64,000 nt of DNA, taken from NCBI RefSeq assembly GCF_002087085.1, contig NZ_MWQY01000012.1, forward strand, positions 62,001 through 126,000, in the 5' to 3' direction. Made by a program: the position numbers and the translations under genes. Below the pieces are notes generated by a model. That model was not told the origin of the DNA, did no database searches, and was given only the letters and a program-made list of their open reading frames with translations. Numbering within the stretch: position 1 is the stretch's first letter; each line of letters begins with the position of its first letter. Positions 27,080 to 37,076 of the stretch are shown here, piece by piece.

Positions 27080-28165
27080 CTACTCCTCTTCTTCCCGCCG
27101 TATCTTGTTTTTCTGAACATGCTTGTGGGTATAGTGGATCACGGTAAAAAAGAGGGTGACGATTAATCCCGCGGACAGAAAAAGGAATACCCCCACCTCC
27201 TGGGAGTGGCTGGTCAGTGGTACGGCGATTACGCAGAGGGCTATCTGCAGGGAGTAAATAATAGCCAGCAGGCTGCGGCTGCTGAATCCAAGGTTCAGCA
27301 GTTTGTGGTGCAGGTGCGAGCGATCCGGGGAAAAGACGCTTTTTTTGTCCCGCAGGCGGCGCCAGACGGCGGCGATGGTGTCGCTGATGGGTATCGCCAG
27401 AATTATCATGGCGTGGGCCAGGGAAATGCTTTCGCCATGGTCGGATCCCTGGTCGATCAGGGGCAGAACGGCCACCATGAATCCGAGGAACTGACTTCCT
27501 CCGTCCCCCATAAAGAGCTTTGCCGGGGGCAGGTTGAAAACCAGAAAACCCCAGACAGCCCCTGCCAGGATAAAGCTGCCCATGGCTGCCTGGTAGTTTT
27601 CCTTGGTCAGGAAGAGGATACCGAAGCTGATGGCAGCGATGGAGGTTATGCCTCCTGCCAGACCGTCGGAACCGTCTATCATGTTGACGGCATTGATGAT
27701 GCCGATGATCCAGATCAGGGTCAGGGGATAACGGAAAAGTCCGAACTTAAGGGAATCGGGAAAAAACGGGATCGCTATCCGCTTGAAGGTGAAATCGGCA
27801 GCCAGCACCAGAACGGCGGCAATCAGCTGTATGACGATTTTATTCCGGGCATGAAGATTCCGCAGATCATCGACTACTCCGAAGAGGAAAATCAGCAGGC
27901 CGGCTATAATTACCAGGATAAAGCGGAATCCCCAGTTGTCCGGCAGAGGAAACTGGCGCTCCAGAACAAAGGTAAAAACAAGGATTGTCAGTATATAGGC
28001 GCTGAAAAAACCCAGGCCGCCCAGGCGTGATATCTCGCCGGTATGTATCTTGCGATGGTCCTGGTCGTCGTACCAGCCCATCCGATGGGAGAGCTTCATA
28101 ATAAGCGGCATGGAAGCCAGGGAAATCAGGAATGCCATAAGGGGCGCCGTAAGTAAAACGTGCAT
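27080..28165 (-). CDS. wecA: Undecaprenyl-phosphate GlcNAc-1-phosphate transferase (WecA/TagO, MraY family)
   Basis: RKIH...SRLGGL, GVVDDL, NAVNMIDGSDGLA, FNLPPAKLFMGDGGS, PDRSHLHHKL. Confidence 0.88.
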   Translation of the reverse strand: MHVLLTAPLMAFLISLASMPLIMKLSHRMGWYDDQDHRKIHTGEISRLGGLGFFSAYILTILVFTFVLERQFPLPDNWGFRFILVIIAGLLIFLFGVVDDLRNLHARNKIVIQLIAAVLVLAADFTFKRIAIPFFPDSLKFGLFRYPLTLIWIIGIINAVNMIDGSDGLAGGITSIAAISFGILFLTKENYQAAMGSFILAGAVWGFLVFNLPPAKLFMGDGGSQFLGFMVAVLPLIDQGSDHGESISLAHAMIILAIPISDTIAAVWRRLRDKKSVFSPDRSHLHHKLLNLGFSSRSLLAIIYSLQIALCVIAVPLTSHSQEVGVFLFLSAGLIVTLFFTVIHYTHKHVQKNKIRREEEE

Positions 28166-28168
28166 CGC

Positions 28169-29293
28169 TTAACCTCTGCCTTTTAATATATCATCGACAG
28201 TTTGCAGGTAGGTGTTTATTACAATCGCCTCATCAAAGTTTTCTTTTACCAGTTTCCTGGAGGCCTTTCCCATGGCCTCTATTTCCGTGTCTGAAAGATT
28301 CAGCATCTTTTCCATCTTGTCCGCCAGATCCGCGGTGTCTCCGGGGCGGCACAGGAAGCCGTTGATTCCGTCCATAACCGGTTCCCGGGTCCCCACGGAG
28401 TCCGCGGCGATAAGGGGCTTTCCCATGGAAGCTGCTTCGAGGAGTGAGCGGGGCACCCCTTCACGATAGCGGGAAGGCAGGACCATGCAGTCCGCCTGGG
28501 CCAGAGCCTCCCGGATCTCGTCGGTGGGGCCGGGGACTTCTATGATGCCCCGTTCCTCTGCGGAGTTCAGGAGCTTCTTGTCTGCCGCCCAGGGATCGCT
28601 GCTGTCGTAGGGTCCGACCAGCATAAATCGGACCTCCGGATGCCGGGCTTTGACCTTCTCCGCAGCGGCGATAAAATCTTCCACCCCCTTGGCTTTCAGA
28701 AGCCGGCCGACGAAGAGGAAGCAGAAGGGCCCCTCCGGTCGAGGACGGGGTGCAAAGTAATCGGGATTGACCCCTGAGCCGGGAAGCCGCCCGGTCTGAT
28801 GTTTACGAACGAGTTTGCCGTCAAGAAAGAGCCTGCGGTCGTCGCTGTTCTGGAAAAAGATCATGTCCGCCCGGCTGAAGGCGTAACGGTAGAGCATGCG
28901 TACAGCCGCCTGCAGCGGCCCGTGGCGTTCGAAGACGGTTCCCAGGCCGGTAATGTTGTTGACGACGGGTATCCCCAGCCCTTTGGCTGCAATGGAACCG
29001 TAAATGTTGGGTTTTATCGTATACTGCAGTATGATTGAAGGAGAGAGTTCCCGGTAGATCCGCTTGTACTGGGACAGGGTCTTCAGGTCCCGGAGGGGAT
29101 TGATTCCCTTGGCGTCGAGTTCTATATCCCGGTACCCCAGGCCCATTTCGATCAGCTTTTCGGTGTAATCGTCCCGGGGAGCAACGACGCTTAAACGGTA
29201 GCCCGCATTCTGCAGGGCCTGGATAAGGGGCCTGCGGGTGTTCCAGACGTACCAGCAGCCGTTGTAGGATATGACTATGTGCTCTTTCTCCAT
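28169..29293 (-). CDS. Glycosyltransferase family 4 (PglA/CapM-like)
   Basis: YTIKPNIYG, TGLG, FQNSDD, PGSGV, GRLLKAKG, YREGVPRSLLEAASMG. Start moved to ATG 29293 (MEKEHIVISY). Confidence 0.9.
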   Translation of the reverse strand: MEKEHIVISYNGCWYVWNTRRPLIQALQNAGYRLSVVAPRDDYTEKLIEMGLGYRDIELDAKGINPLRDLKTLSQYKRIYRELSPSIILQYTIKPNIYGSIAAKGLGIPVVNNITGLGTVFERHGPLQAAVRMLYRYAFSRADMIFFQNSDDRRLFLDGKLVRKHQTGRLPGSGVNPDYFAPRPRPEGPFCFLFVGRLLKAKGVEDFIAAAEKVKARHPEVRFMLVGPYDSSDPWAADKKLLNSAEERGIIEVPGPTDEIREALAQADCMVLPSRYREGVPRSLLEAASMGKPLIAADSVGTREPVMDGINGFLCRPGDTADLADKMEKMLNLSDTEIEAMGKASRKLVKENFDEAIVINTYLQTVDDILKGRG

Positions 29294-29315
29294 TATTCCG
29301 TTACTATTGCATAAA

Positions 29316-30491
29316 ATGGCACTATTGGCAAAGACCGTCGGTTTTGCTGCGGTGATGCTCTGCATGCTCCCGATGTTTCTGGGTGGCTGTACGACAGAAA
29401 CCTGGGGCCGGTCGCGGACAACGCTGTACACCAGAGCCGCTGAGGGAGCCGGTGAAACGGCTGATGGGAGAATCCCTGAACGGGAACGCCTGCTTGTAGA
29501 GATGGACAGGCGCCGGGAAGAAGGCGCCGCGGAGTCCCGCCGGCTTATTGAGAAGTTTTTTCCTGATTCCGGGACGCTTGTATCTGAAGATCCGGAGGCG
29601 GCACGGGCGGCGGAGGCGGGGGAACTGAAGGCCGCCAGTGCAGCCTGGTGGGGTTTTGATGCCGGGGACGCCACGGATGCCCTGGCAGTAGCCTTGACCG
29701 CACCGGTGGAACTGCTTGTTATTCCCGCCATGGAAGGTCCGTGGATTTCCGGTCCCCTGGAAATAGACGGCCCCCGGCACATCCTTTTTGAACCCGGGGC
29801 GGAGCTCCTGGCAAGGGAGGGGGACTTCCGGGAGACCCGGGACACCCTGCTGCGTGTTTATCGAAAGGAGGATCTTGGCTTGACCGGCTACGGTGCCGGC
29901 ATCGCCATGCGCAAGTCTGATTACACCAAAGAACCCTACCAGTGGTCCCAGCACCGGCATGCCCTTGCGATTCTGGAATCCCGGAATATCCGTGTTGAAG
30001 GCTTCTCCATCGAGAGCGCCGGGGGTGACGGGATCTACATCGGACAAAGAAGGGGCGGACCGGTTCCACGGAACATTCTGCTTAAGAACCTTGTGCTGCG
30101 GAACAACTATCGGCAGGGGGTTTCGGTTATCTCTGTGGACGGTTTCCGTATGGAATATACTCATATATCCCATACCGGCGGGACTCCTCCGGGAGCGGCC
30201 ATCGATTTCGAACCCAACTCCGGACTGTACGGTCTGACCGATTGTGTCGTTGATTCCTGTCTCTTCGAGAAAAACGCCGGAGCGGCCCTTACGGTGCATC
30301 TTCCGAATGTGCTGGATACCCATCCTCCCGTGTCGATCCTGATACGGGACAGCCTGATTCTGGGAAATCCCCTCTCCCTGTGGGTCCACGGCCTTGGAAA
30401 CGGCGCACGGGGCAGCCTGGAGTTCAGTAATACCCGGGTTCGCGGTCTCGGCATTACCGGGCGCTCGGAGAGTTTCAGGATTATCCGCTAA
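29316..30491 (+). CDS. Right-handed parallel beta-helix (pectin-lyase-like) lipoprotein
   Basis: Lipobox LGGC; GGDGIYIG, NNYRQGVSVIS, GTPPGAAIDFEPN. Confidence 0.75.
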   Translation: MALLAKTVGFAAVMLCMLPMFLGGCTTETWGRSRTTLYTRAAEGAGETADGRIPERERLLVEMDRRREEGAAESRRLIEKFFPDSGTLVSEDPEAARAAEAGELKAASAAWWGFDAGDATDALAVALTAPVELLVIPAMEGPWISGPLEIDGPRHILFEPGAELLAREGDFRETRDTLLRVYRKEDLGLTGYGAGIAMRKSDYTKEPYQWSQHRHALAILESRNIRVEGFSIESAGGDGIYIGQRRGGPVPRNILLKNLVLRNNYRQGVSVISVDGFRMEYTHISHTGGTPPGAAIDFEPNSGLYGLTDCVVDSCLFEKNAGAALTVHLPNVLDTHPPVSILIRDSLILGNPLSLWVHGLGNGARGSLEFSNTRVRGLGITGRSESFRIIR

Positions 30492-30582
30492 GGCGGTACT
30501 CCGGCTGTCAGTGGTAAAAAGAGTTTTTTTTCTGTAGTATGCGGAAACAGGAAAAAAGATTTTCATAACAGGAGACATCTGT

Positions 30583-32247
30583 ATGCGGCGTCTTGCTTTT
30601 TATACGATCTTTCTTATGGCGGTACTGCTCCCCTTTACCGTCTTTGCCCTGGATATTACCGATCCTCTGGGCGATATATACGATGACATTCAGGTCTGGT
30701 ACGAAGCCGGGCTTATCGATGAGGTACCCTCCCTGCGGCCCTATCCGGCACAGGTGCTGGTGGCCGTTCTCAGGCAGGTGACCGCCCATTCTTCCACCCC
30801 GGCGGCCGACCGGCAGCAGGCGGAAGCCTACCTGGCGGCCCTCGAGGCTGAACGGGATATCGACGGGGTCTGGTTCGGCAAAGCCCAGCTGAAAAGCAGC
30901 GAGTCCGAGGAGTACCTCTTCGGCGGCGCCGGTATCGAGTACAACACCTGGTTCAGCGACTATGTCGCCCTGAACGGCCGCTGGGTAGCCTTCGGCAAGT
31001 ACGAGGGGGACGGCTACTATCCTGCGGGGGAGGGCCGGGAGCTGGACAGCTTCGACGACAATGCCGAGATGGCCGTGGCGGGACACCAGATCGACCTGCG
31101 GCAGCTCTTTACCAACTCCTTCAGTTTCGGCACCGACTCCCTCTATTTTCAGGCGGGAATCCACCGCAGCTCCTACGGTCCGGTTTTCGACAACGGCGCC
31201 GTCCTGGGAGGCTACGCCCATTACGCCCCCACCTTCAACGTGGTCTGGGACGAGGGCGGAAAGTTCGGCATGACCACGACCTATATGGAGCTCACCGCCA
31301 GCAACTACTACGGCGAGGAGGTCTTCTCCGACAAGCGCATGGCCATGCAGACCTATACCTACCGTCCGGTGGAATGGGCGGAATTCGAGTTCCTGCAGAG
31401 CATCGTCTACGGAAACCGTTTTGACCTGGTCTATTTTGTGCCCTTCAGTTTTCTCTTCTACAACCAGAACCTGGCGGGCTACGAGGACAACAGCTGGATG
31501 GGTTTTTCTGCGGCCCTGGATCTGCCCAGGCAGACGGGCTTCAACGCCGTGATCTATATCGATGATGCCCACTTCAACGATTTTCTGCGCTTCGACTTCA
31601 ACACCATGTTCAAGGCGGCCATCAACACCGAGTTCACCTGGACCCCCATGCACAGGTATCTGCGCCGCCTGTCCCTGGACTACCTGGCGGTGACGCCCTA
31701 TACCTACTCCCACAAAAGCGGGCGCTTTTCTGATTATCCGGAAACTGTGGGTGATGATGCAGTAAAATACTCTAAGTGGCTCGCGGAGAACGCCAACTAC
31801 CTGAATTACACCAGCTACGGGGACACCCTGGGGCCGGTGCTGGATCCCAACTCCGACCGTCTTACCCTGAAGTACAACGCCCGTCCCCTTCCCGGCCTGG
31901 ACGTCAAGCTTATCGGTCGCATGATCCGCCACGGGAATCCCACCGCGGAAGGTTATAATTCAGATGGAGTAACCGACGGATCCGTATACGACGACGGCTA
32001 CGACGATAACGAGGAGCATACCTTCAAGGACCTGCGCTTCCTTACCCAGGATGAGCTTGAGTACACCTTTACCGCCGGCTTTGACCTGGGCTACACCTTC
32101 GATCTAGATCCCCACACCATAAAGCTGCTCTTCGGCTACCGCCTCGAGCACATCCGGAACAAGATGAACGACGGCTACCCGGTCAAGGGCGACAACGAAA
32201 CCAGCCACTACCTGATGGGCGGTTTCGCCTACTCGTACCAGTTTTAG
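30583..32247 (+). CDS. Wzi-like capsule-assembly outer-membrane protein
   Basis: Signal peptide; PSLRPYP helical N-terminus; YxxPF...DNSWMG; LGPVLDPNSDRL; terminal YQF. Confidence 0.6.
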   Translation: MRRLAFYTIFLMAVLLPFTVFALDITDPLGDIYDDIQVWYEAGLIDEVPSLRPYPAQVLVAVLRQVTAHSSTPAADRQQAEAYLAALEAERDIDGVWFGKAQLKSSESEEYLFGGAGIEYNTWFSDYVALNGRWVAFGKYEGDGYYPAGEGRELDSFDDNAEMAVAGHQIDLRQLFTNSFSFGTDSLYFQAGIHRSSYGPVFDNGAVLGGYAHYAPTFNVVWDEGGKFGMTTTYMELTASNYYGEEVFSDKRMAMQTYTYRPVEWAEFEFLQSIVYGNRFDLVYFVPFSFLFYNQNLAGYEDNSWMGFSAALDLPRQTGFNAVIYIDDAHFNDFLRFDFNTMFKAAINTEFTWTPMHRYLRRLSLDYLAVTPYTYSHKSGRFSDYPETVGDDAVKYSKWLAENANYLNYTSYGDTLGPVLDPNSDRLTLKYNARPLPGLDVKLIGRMIRHGNPTAEGYNSDGVTDGSVYDDGYDDNEEHTFKDLRFLTQDELEYTFTAGFDLGYTFDLDPHTIKLLFGYRLEHIRNKMNDGYPVKGDNETSHYLMGGFAYSYQF

Positions 32248-32259
32248 GAAACTGTACCA

Positions 32260-34005
32260 ATGCAGCCGGGAGTTCGCATAAAGCATTCAGCCTCTTTAAT
32301 TCTTCTGTTGTTTTCTGCTGCTCTGTTCGGGCAGAACCGTCAGGCGATCATCCCCTATGATTCTTCCCTGGTGGCGGAGCTGGGCATGGTCTACCGGGAG
32401 CTGGGAATGGCCCTGCCCTCGGATACGGCCCCCTGGACGGAGGCGGAGTTCCTCCTCATGCTGGACCGGGCCTATAATCAGGGCGGGCGGCTCTCCCCCG
32501 CGGCCAAGACTATCCTTGCGGGGATCCGGAAAGACTTAGAGAAAGATCCTGTCTACACGGAATTCGACGGTGCCCTGGCCGTCGATGCTTCGTTGAGCAT
32601 CGCGCTGGAGGGCTACCTGGGTTTTGTGGGTGACGATGAGAACAGGGAGTGGCTCAGGGGGTACGGAGAGCGGGAAGCTTTGCTTTTTGTTCCCGTGGAG
32701 CTCTACCTGCTGGACAATTTCTACGCCATGACCAGTCTGAGTCTTTCCCAGGACTACTTTGCGGTCCTGGACAGGCAGGAGAGCGGCAGCAACCTCCCCC
32801 TGGGCTTCAACGATCTTGAAAGCATGTACCCCCTGCATACCGCCCTCTCCGCCGGGGGGGAGCACTGGAACATCCGCTTTGCCCGGGAGACCCTGAACTG
32901 GGGAAGCGGCAAAACGGGAAACCTGCTGCTTGGGGCCAACGGTACGGTTCACGATTTTATCGAGCTGACTAGCTTCTGGAACCGCTTCAAGTTCACTTTT
33001 CTGCTGCTGGGCCAGGACACCTCGGCCTGGGACTGGGTGGACACGAATGGCAATGGGATTATTGATGCAGGCGATGGCGGCACGTTGTATACCGCCGGGA
33101 ACGAGATCTTTATCGCTCCAGTCTACGACAACAAGAACGACTCTTTTAACGATGCTGTATCCAGCCAGGAGACGGTACGCAACTTTCTGGCCCACAGGCT
33201 GGAGTTCCTCCCCCGGGACAACCTGCGCCTGGTCTTTACCGAGGCGGTCATGTATCAGGATCCCAGCTTTCAGTTCCGCTACCTGAATCCCATGATGGCC
33301 TTTCACAACTGGTACCAGACCGGCAGCGCCAACTACTTTATTACCCTGGAGGCCGATTATCTGCCCCTGCCGGGAGTTCGGCTCTACGGACAGTTCCTGG
33401 GAGACCAGATCGCCTTCTATTTCAACCGTCAAAGCGGCACCTACTCTGATGTTCCCGCCGCCATGGGTTACCTGGCGGGGCTGGATCTGCAGAAACCCCT
33501 TGCGGAGGGCTATCTTTTCGGCGGCCTGGAGTGGGTCAAGCTGGACCCCTACAACTACATCGACCGTTCCGGAATCAACCTCTGGTATCAGCGCCGAATT
33601 CTGAGCAACTACCTCGGCGGCCACCAGGCCCTGGTCATCACGCCCCTGGGCTACGAGAAAGGACCGGATTCCATGACCTTTTACGGGGAGTTCGGTTACA
33701 TGGTCCCCGGCAGCTGGGACGCCAAGATCAGCGCCGAGTTCTTCGTAAAGGGGGAAAATACCATAACCACAGTCTGGACCGACGAGGACGGTGCCGCCCA
33801 GGATGTGACCCCGTCGGGGAGCCATCCGATACAGACCCTCATTCTGGGCCTCGAGGGCGGGATGAACGGCTCCATGCTGGGGTTCCCGGACAGCATCTCG
33901 GTGAGTACCGGGGTAAACCTTATCCACGTTGAAAATTTCCTGCACGATCCCCGGGAGGATTTCTGGGACCTGCAGATCTGGTTGTCGGGAAAGTACAGGT
34001 TCTGA
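32260..34005 (+). CDS. Wzi-like capsule-assembly outer-membrane protein (second copy)
   Basis: Signal peptide; WGSGKTGNLLL, AHRLE, YLNP, LYGQF..D, PLGYEKGPDS; terminal YRF. Confidence 0.62.
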   Translation: MQPGVRIKHSASLILLLFSAALFGQNRQAIIPYDSSLVAELGMVYRELGMALPSDTAPWTEAEFLLMLDRAYNQGGRLSPAAKTILAGIRKDLEKDPVYTEFDGALAVDASLSIALEGYLGFVGDDENREWLRGYGEREALLFVPVELYLLDNFYAMTSLSLSQDYFAVLDRQESGSNLPLGFNDLESMYPLHTALSAGGEHWNIRFARETLNWGSGKTGNLLLGANGTVHDFIELTSFWNRFKFTFLLLGQDTSAWDWVDTNGNGIIDAGDGGTLYTAGNEIFIAPVYDNKNDSFNDAVSSQETVRNFLAHRLEFLPRDNLRLVFTEAVMYQDPSFQFRYLNPMMAFHNWYQTGSANYFITLEADYLPLPGVRLYGQFLGDQIAFYFNRQSGTYSDVPAAMGYLAGLDLQKPLAEGYLFGGLEWVKLDPYNYIDRSGINLWYQRRILSNYLGGHQALVITPLGYEKGPDSMTFYGEFGYMVPGSWDAKISAEFFVKGENTITTVWTDEDGAAQDVTPSGSHPIQTLILGLEGGMNGSMLGFPDSISVSTGVNLIHVENFLHDPREDFWDLQIWLSGKYRF

Positions 34006-34016
34006 GAAAATTTTCC

Positions 34017-34045
34017 TTGCCGGATCGGGGTTCCTGTGATAGAAT
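34017..34045 (+). promoter_or_regulatory. Sigma-70 promoter of the LacI/ribokinase operon
   Basis: TTGCCG-17 bp-TAGAAT with an extended -10 TG. Confidence 0.7.
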
Positions 34046-34046
34046 C

Positions 34047-34062
34047 ACTAAAACGTTTTAGT
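34047..34062. promoter_or_regulatory. LacI-family operator 1
   Basis: Perfect 16-bp palindrome ACTAAAACGTTTTAGT with central CG, covering the predicted start site. Confidence 0.88.
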
Positions 34063-34095
34063 TGCGGCCGCCGCCGCTTATTATTTTACCGGATT

Positions 34096-34111
34096 ACTAA
34101 AACGTTTTAGT
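34096..34111. promoter_or_regulatory. LacI-family operator 2
   Basis: Identical palindrome ACTAAAACGTTTTAGT, 49 bp downstream of operator 1. Confidence 0.88.
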
Positions 34112-34126
34112 TAAAGTGGAGGATCT

Positions 34127-35131
34127 GTGGCTGCGAACATAAAAGATGTCGCCCGTCTGGCGGGTGTTTCTATTACAACGGTTTCACAAATACTCAACAA
34201 GAAGCAGGATTTCCCGGTCCGGGAGGAAACCCGCAAGCGGGTTATCGATGCCGCCCGGGAACTGCACTATATACCCAATCCCATTGCACGCAGTCTGGTC
34301 CAGCAAAAGACCCGTCTTGTCGGTATGGCGGTACCCGATTTGCGAAACCCCTTTTTTACCGAGATCGCCCTGGGCTGCCAGGAAGCCGCCGCACAGAGGG
34401 GGTACCGACTGCAGATCGCCAATACAAACGAAGACTTCGACAGTGAACTTCAGCAGCTTCATGAGTTCGCCGCGGAAAAAATGGACGGAATTATCCTTGT
34501 TCCGGCCGCCCGAAGAGACAGCCGGAAAGAGCAGAGCAGCATCTTCAATCTGCCGATTGTAAACGTGGACAGAACGGCCGGTTATCCGGATATCTGCGGT
34601 TCAATATACGTGAACAGCGAAAAAGGCGCGTATGAAGCGGTCTCCTATCTTCTTCGCCGCGGAAGAAGGAGAATTGCCTTTCTGGCCGGACCCCTCAGCA
34701 GTAAAACGGTTACGGATCGTCTTGAAGGATTCAGAAAAGCCCTGGAAGAAAACGGGCTGTCCTGCAGTGAGAAGGACGTTTTTGAGGGAGGTTTCGAACA
34801 GAACTGGGGTTTTATGATAACGGAGAAAATCATTTCCTCCGAATCTCCCTACGATGCATTTTTCTGCGGCGATGACCTTATCGCTTTGGGGGCTATAAGC
34901 GCACTGCAGAAGAAGGGGTTACAGGTTCCCGGGGATATTGCGGTTATAGGGTTTGACGACATCTTTGTCTCGGAACTTATCTATCCCAAACTGACAACGG
35001 TACGTCAGCCCAGTTATGATCTCGGCCTGCGGTCGATGGAGCTTCTGATAAAGAACATTGAATCGGAGCAGGATGTTCCGGAAAAGATCATTACACTCGA
35101 ATCTGAATTCATTACAAGAGAGTCTGCTTAG
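34127..35131 (+). CDS. LacI-family transcriptional repressor (RbsR/PurR-like)
   Basis: NIKDVARLAGVSITTVS HTH, YIPNPIARSL hinge, VIGFDD, PKLTTVRQP. Confidence 0.93.
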   Translation: MAANIKDVARLAGVSITTVSQILNKKQDFPVREETRKRVIDAARELHYIPNPIARSLVQQKTRLVGMAVPDLRNPFFTEIALGCQEAAAQRGYRLQIANTNEDFDSELQQLHEFAAEKMDGIILVPAARRDSRKEQSSIFNLPIVNVDRTAGYPDICGSIYVNSEKGAYEAVSYLLRRGRRRIAFLAGPLSSKTVTDRLEGFRKALEENGLSCSEKDVFEGGFEQNWGFMITEKIISSESPYDAFFCGDDLIALGAISALQKKGLQVPGDIAVIGFDDIFVSELIYPKLTTVRQPSYDLGLRSMELLIKNIESEQDVPEKIITLESEFITRESA

Positions 35132-35132
35132 G

Positions 35133-36050
35133 ATGAAGAATATAGTCGTTGTCGGCAGTTTGAACCAGGACATTTCCATCAGCGTCAGGCGTTTGCCTGT
35201 AGAAGGAGAAACGGTTCTAGCCAGGGCTGTACGAAAAGGAATCGGAGGAAAAGGCGCGAACCAGGCCATCGCGGCTTCCAGGCTGGGAGGGGAGGTTTCC
35301 ATGATCGGGTTCGTGGGGAATGACTCTGCGGGAAACGAAATGCTGGAGGCGGTTAAGGGCGGCGGAGTTGACTGTTCAGGAATCGGGATATCCGACCGGG
35401 AAAGGACAGGAAAAGCATATATCACGGTTGACGATGCAGGCAGGAATACTATCGTTGTCGATTCGGGAGCGAATTCCTGCGTAACGCCGGAATTCCTGGA
35501 GACGCTGCTGCACGACCGGATAGACGCCAATACGATCGTGCTTATGCAGATGGAGATCCCCCGCGAGTCGCTGCTGTATGGAATAGAGTATGCGAAAAAA
35601 CGTAACGCTTTTGTCATCCTCAATCCGGCTCCCGCTGCAAAGCTCCCCCGGGAGGTCTATTCGGGCATCGACATACTGACGCCGAACGAAACGGAACTTG
35701 CAATTCTCTCTTCTGCGGCAGGCAAAGATATCGCCGCCATGTCGACGGACCTCGTAAAAAACGGTACGGCCTGTGTCGTGGTTACCCTGGGGGCAGAAGG
35801 TGCCGGGATAATCCTGAACGGTACTGGCGTCCGTCGCGTTCAGGCTCCTTCGGTGAATGCTGTTGATACTACCGGGGCCGGCGACTGCTTCAACGGCGCA
35901 CTTGCTGCAGCCCTGGCACAAGGATATCGCCTTGATGATGCAGTTTTATTCGCGGTTCGTGCCGCATCCTTCAGTGTATCCAGCTTCGGTACAATAACCT
36001 CGTATCCTGATGAATCGCAGATGGAAATGACTTTTGGGGGAAATGCATGA
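35133..36050 (+). CDS. rbsK: Ribokinase (PfkB family)
   Basis: VVGSLNQD, GGKGANQAIAASRLG, NPAPA, TPNETE, DTTGAGDCFNG. Confidence 0.9.
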   Translation: MKNIVVVGSLNQDISISVRRLPVEGETVLARAVRKGIGGKGANQAIAASRLGGEVSMIGFVGNDSAGNEMLEAVKGGGVDCSGIGISDRERTGKAYITVDDAGRNTIVVDSGANSCVTPEFLETLLHDRIDANTIVLMQMEIPRESLLYGIEYAKKRNAFVILNPAPAAKLPREVYSGIDILTPNETELAILSSAAGKDIAAMSTDLVKNGTACVVVTLGAEGAGIILNGTGVRRVQAPSVNAVDTTGAGDCFNGALAAALAQGYRLDDAVLFAVRAASFSVSSFGTITSYPDESQMEMTFGGNA

Positions 36051-37057
36051 TGAACAGACGAAAAATAATAATCGACACCGATCCGGGAATCGACGATGCC
36101 TTTGCAATCATAGCTGCCTTGTCCTGTTCACAGTTTGAAGTTCTCGGCATTACCGTGGTGGGAGGAAACAATCAGCTCAACTCATGCGTGAACAACGCCC
36201 TCGGGCTGGTCTCCCTGATGGACAGCCGATGTCCTGTTCATGCCGGAGCCCCGGTGTCGCTGAATGAGTTGCGCCTTGGAAAGACCGCGGTGGAGCATTC
36301 CACGGAAACCCATGGCAAGGGGGGACTCGGCGGCGTGTCGCTTCCGGGGGACCCTGCCGGGCTTTCGACGGTTCATGCAGCCGATTTCATTGCGGAGACG
36401 GTGCGTTCGAATCCGGGGGAGGTGGAAATCGTCACCCTTGGCCCTCTGACGAATATTGCACTGGCCATGGAAAGGCAGCCGGGTCTGCTGCAGGACGTAA
36501 AGTGCATATGGTCCATGGGCGGAGGAGTGGAAAAAGGAAACAGGACCGTAGTTGCGGAGTTCAATTACTGGGCTGATCCCGAAGCCGCGGCCCGCGTCTT
36601 TGCACAGGGCCAGAGTACCAGCCTCAACATGATAGGTCTTGATGTTACAACGAAAACCTCGTTTTCCATGAATGATCTGTTTTTTCTGAAACTCGAAGGC
36701 GGACGTCTCGGAAAGTTCTTCCACGATATAACGGAACAGTATACCCGTGTGTACTGGGAAAGATTCCGTCTGTGCGGTTGTGTAATACACGATCTGGTAG
36801 CCATGATGATCGCCATTGATCCCTCACTCTGCGGCGAGGGGGACGTCTTCCCCCGGGTTAACGTTCGGATAGAAACGGAAGGTATGTGCCGGGGACAGAC
36901 CCTCGTGGATCTTCATAATCACAGGGATCTCCGGGATCTGCCGAGAAACGCCTCTGTTTACATGGGAATTGACCGGAATCGATACAAATTGAGGTTCTTT
37001 GAAACAGTATTCAAGGATGTATCACAACTCTATGAGAAACATGTCCTGGGGACATAA
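36047..37057 (+). CDS. Nucleoside hydrolase (IU-NH family)
   Basis: DTDPGIDDA, HGKGGLG, GPLTNIA, AEFNYWADPEAA, IHD. Confidence 0.92.
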   Translation: MMNRRKIIIDTDPGIDDAFAIIAALSCSQFEVLGITVVGGNNQLNSCVNNALGLVSLMDSRCPVHAGAPVSLNELRLGKTAVEHSTETHGKGGLGGVSLPGDPAGLSTVHAADFIAETVRSNPGEVEIVTLGPLTNIALAMERQPGLLQDVKCIWSMGGGVEKGNRTVVAEFNYWADPEAAARVFAQGQSTSLNMIGLDVTTKTSFSMNDLFFLKLEGGRLGKFFHDITEQYTRVYWERFRLCGCVIHDLVAMMIAIDPSLCGEGDVFPRVNVRIETEGMCRGQTLVDLHNHRDLRDLPRNASVYMGIDRNRYKLRFFETVFKDVSQLYEKHVLGT

Positions 37058-37076
37058 ATATAAAGGAGAGAATCGT

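Noticed and set aside
29294..29845. N-terminal extension of the 558-aa minus-strand ORF
   Set aside because: The extension is low-complexity antisense of the beta-helix gene; glycosyltransferase-like sequence begins at ATG 29293.
30508..33945. Long antisense ORFs (474 aa and 469 aa), and similar ones opposite thrC, murA, ctpA and lgt
   Set aside because: Shadow ORFs expected from GC-rich codon bias; no recognisable motifs.
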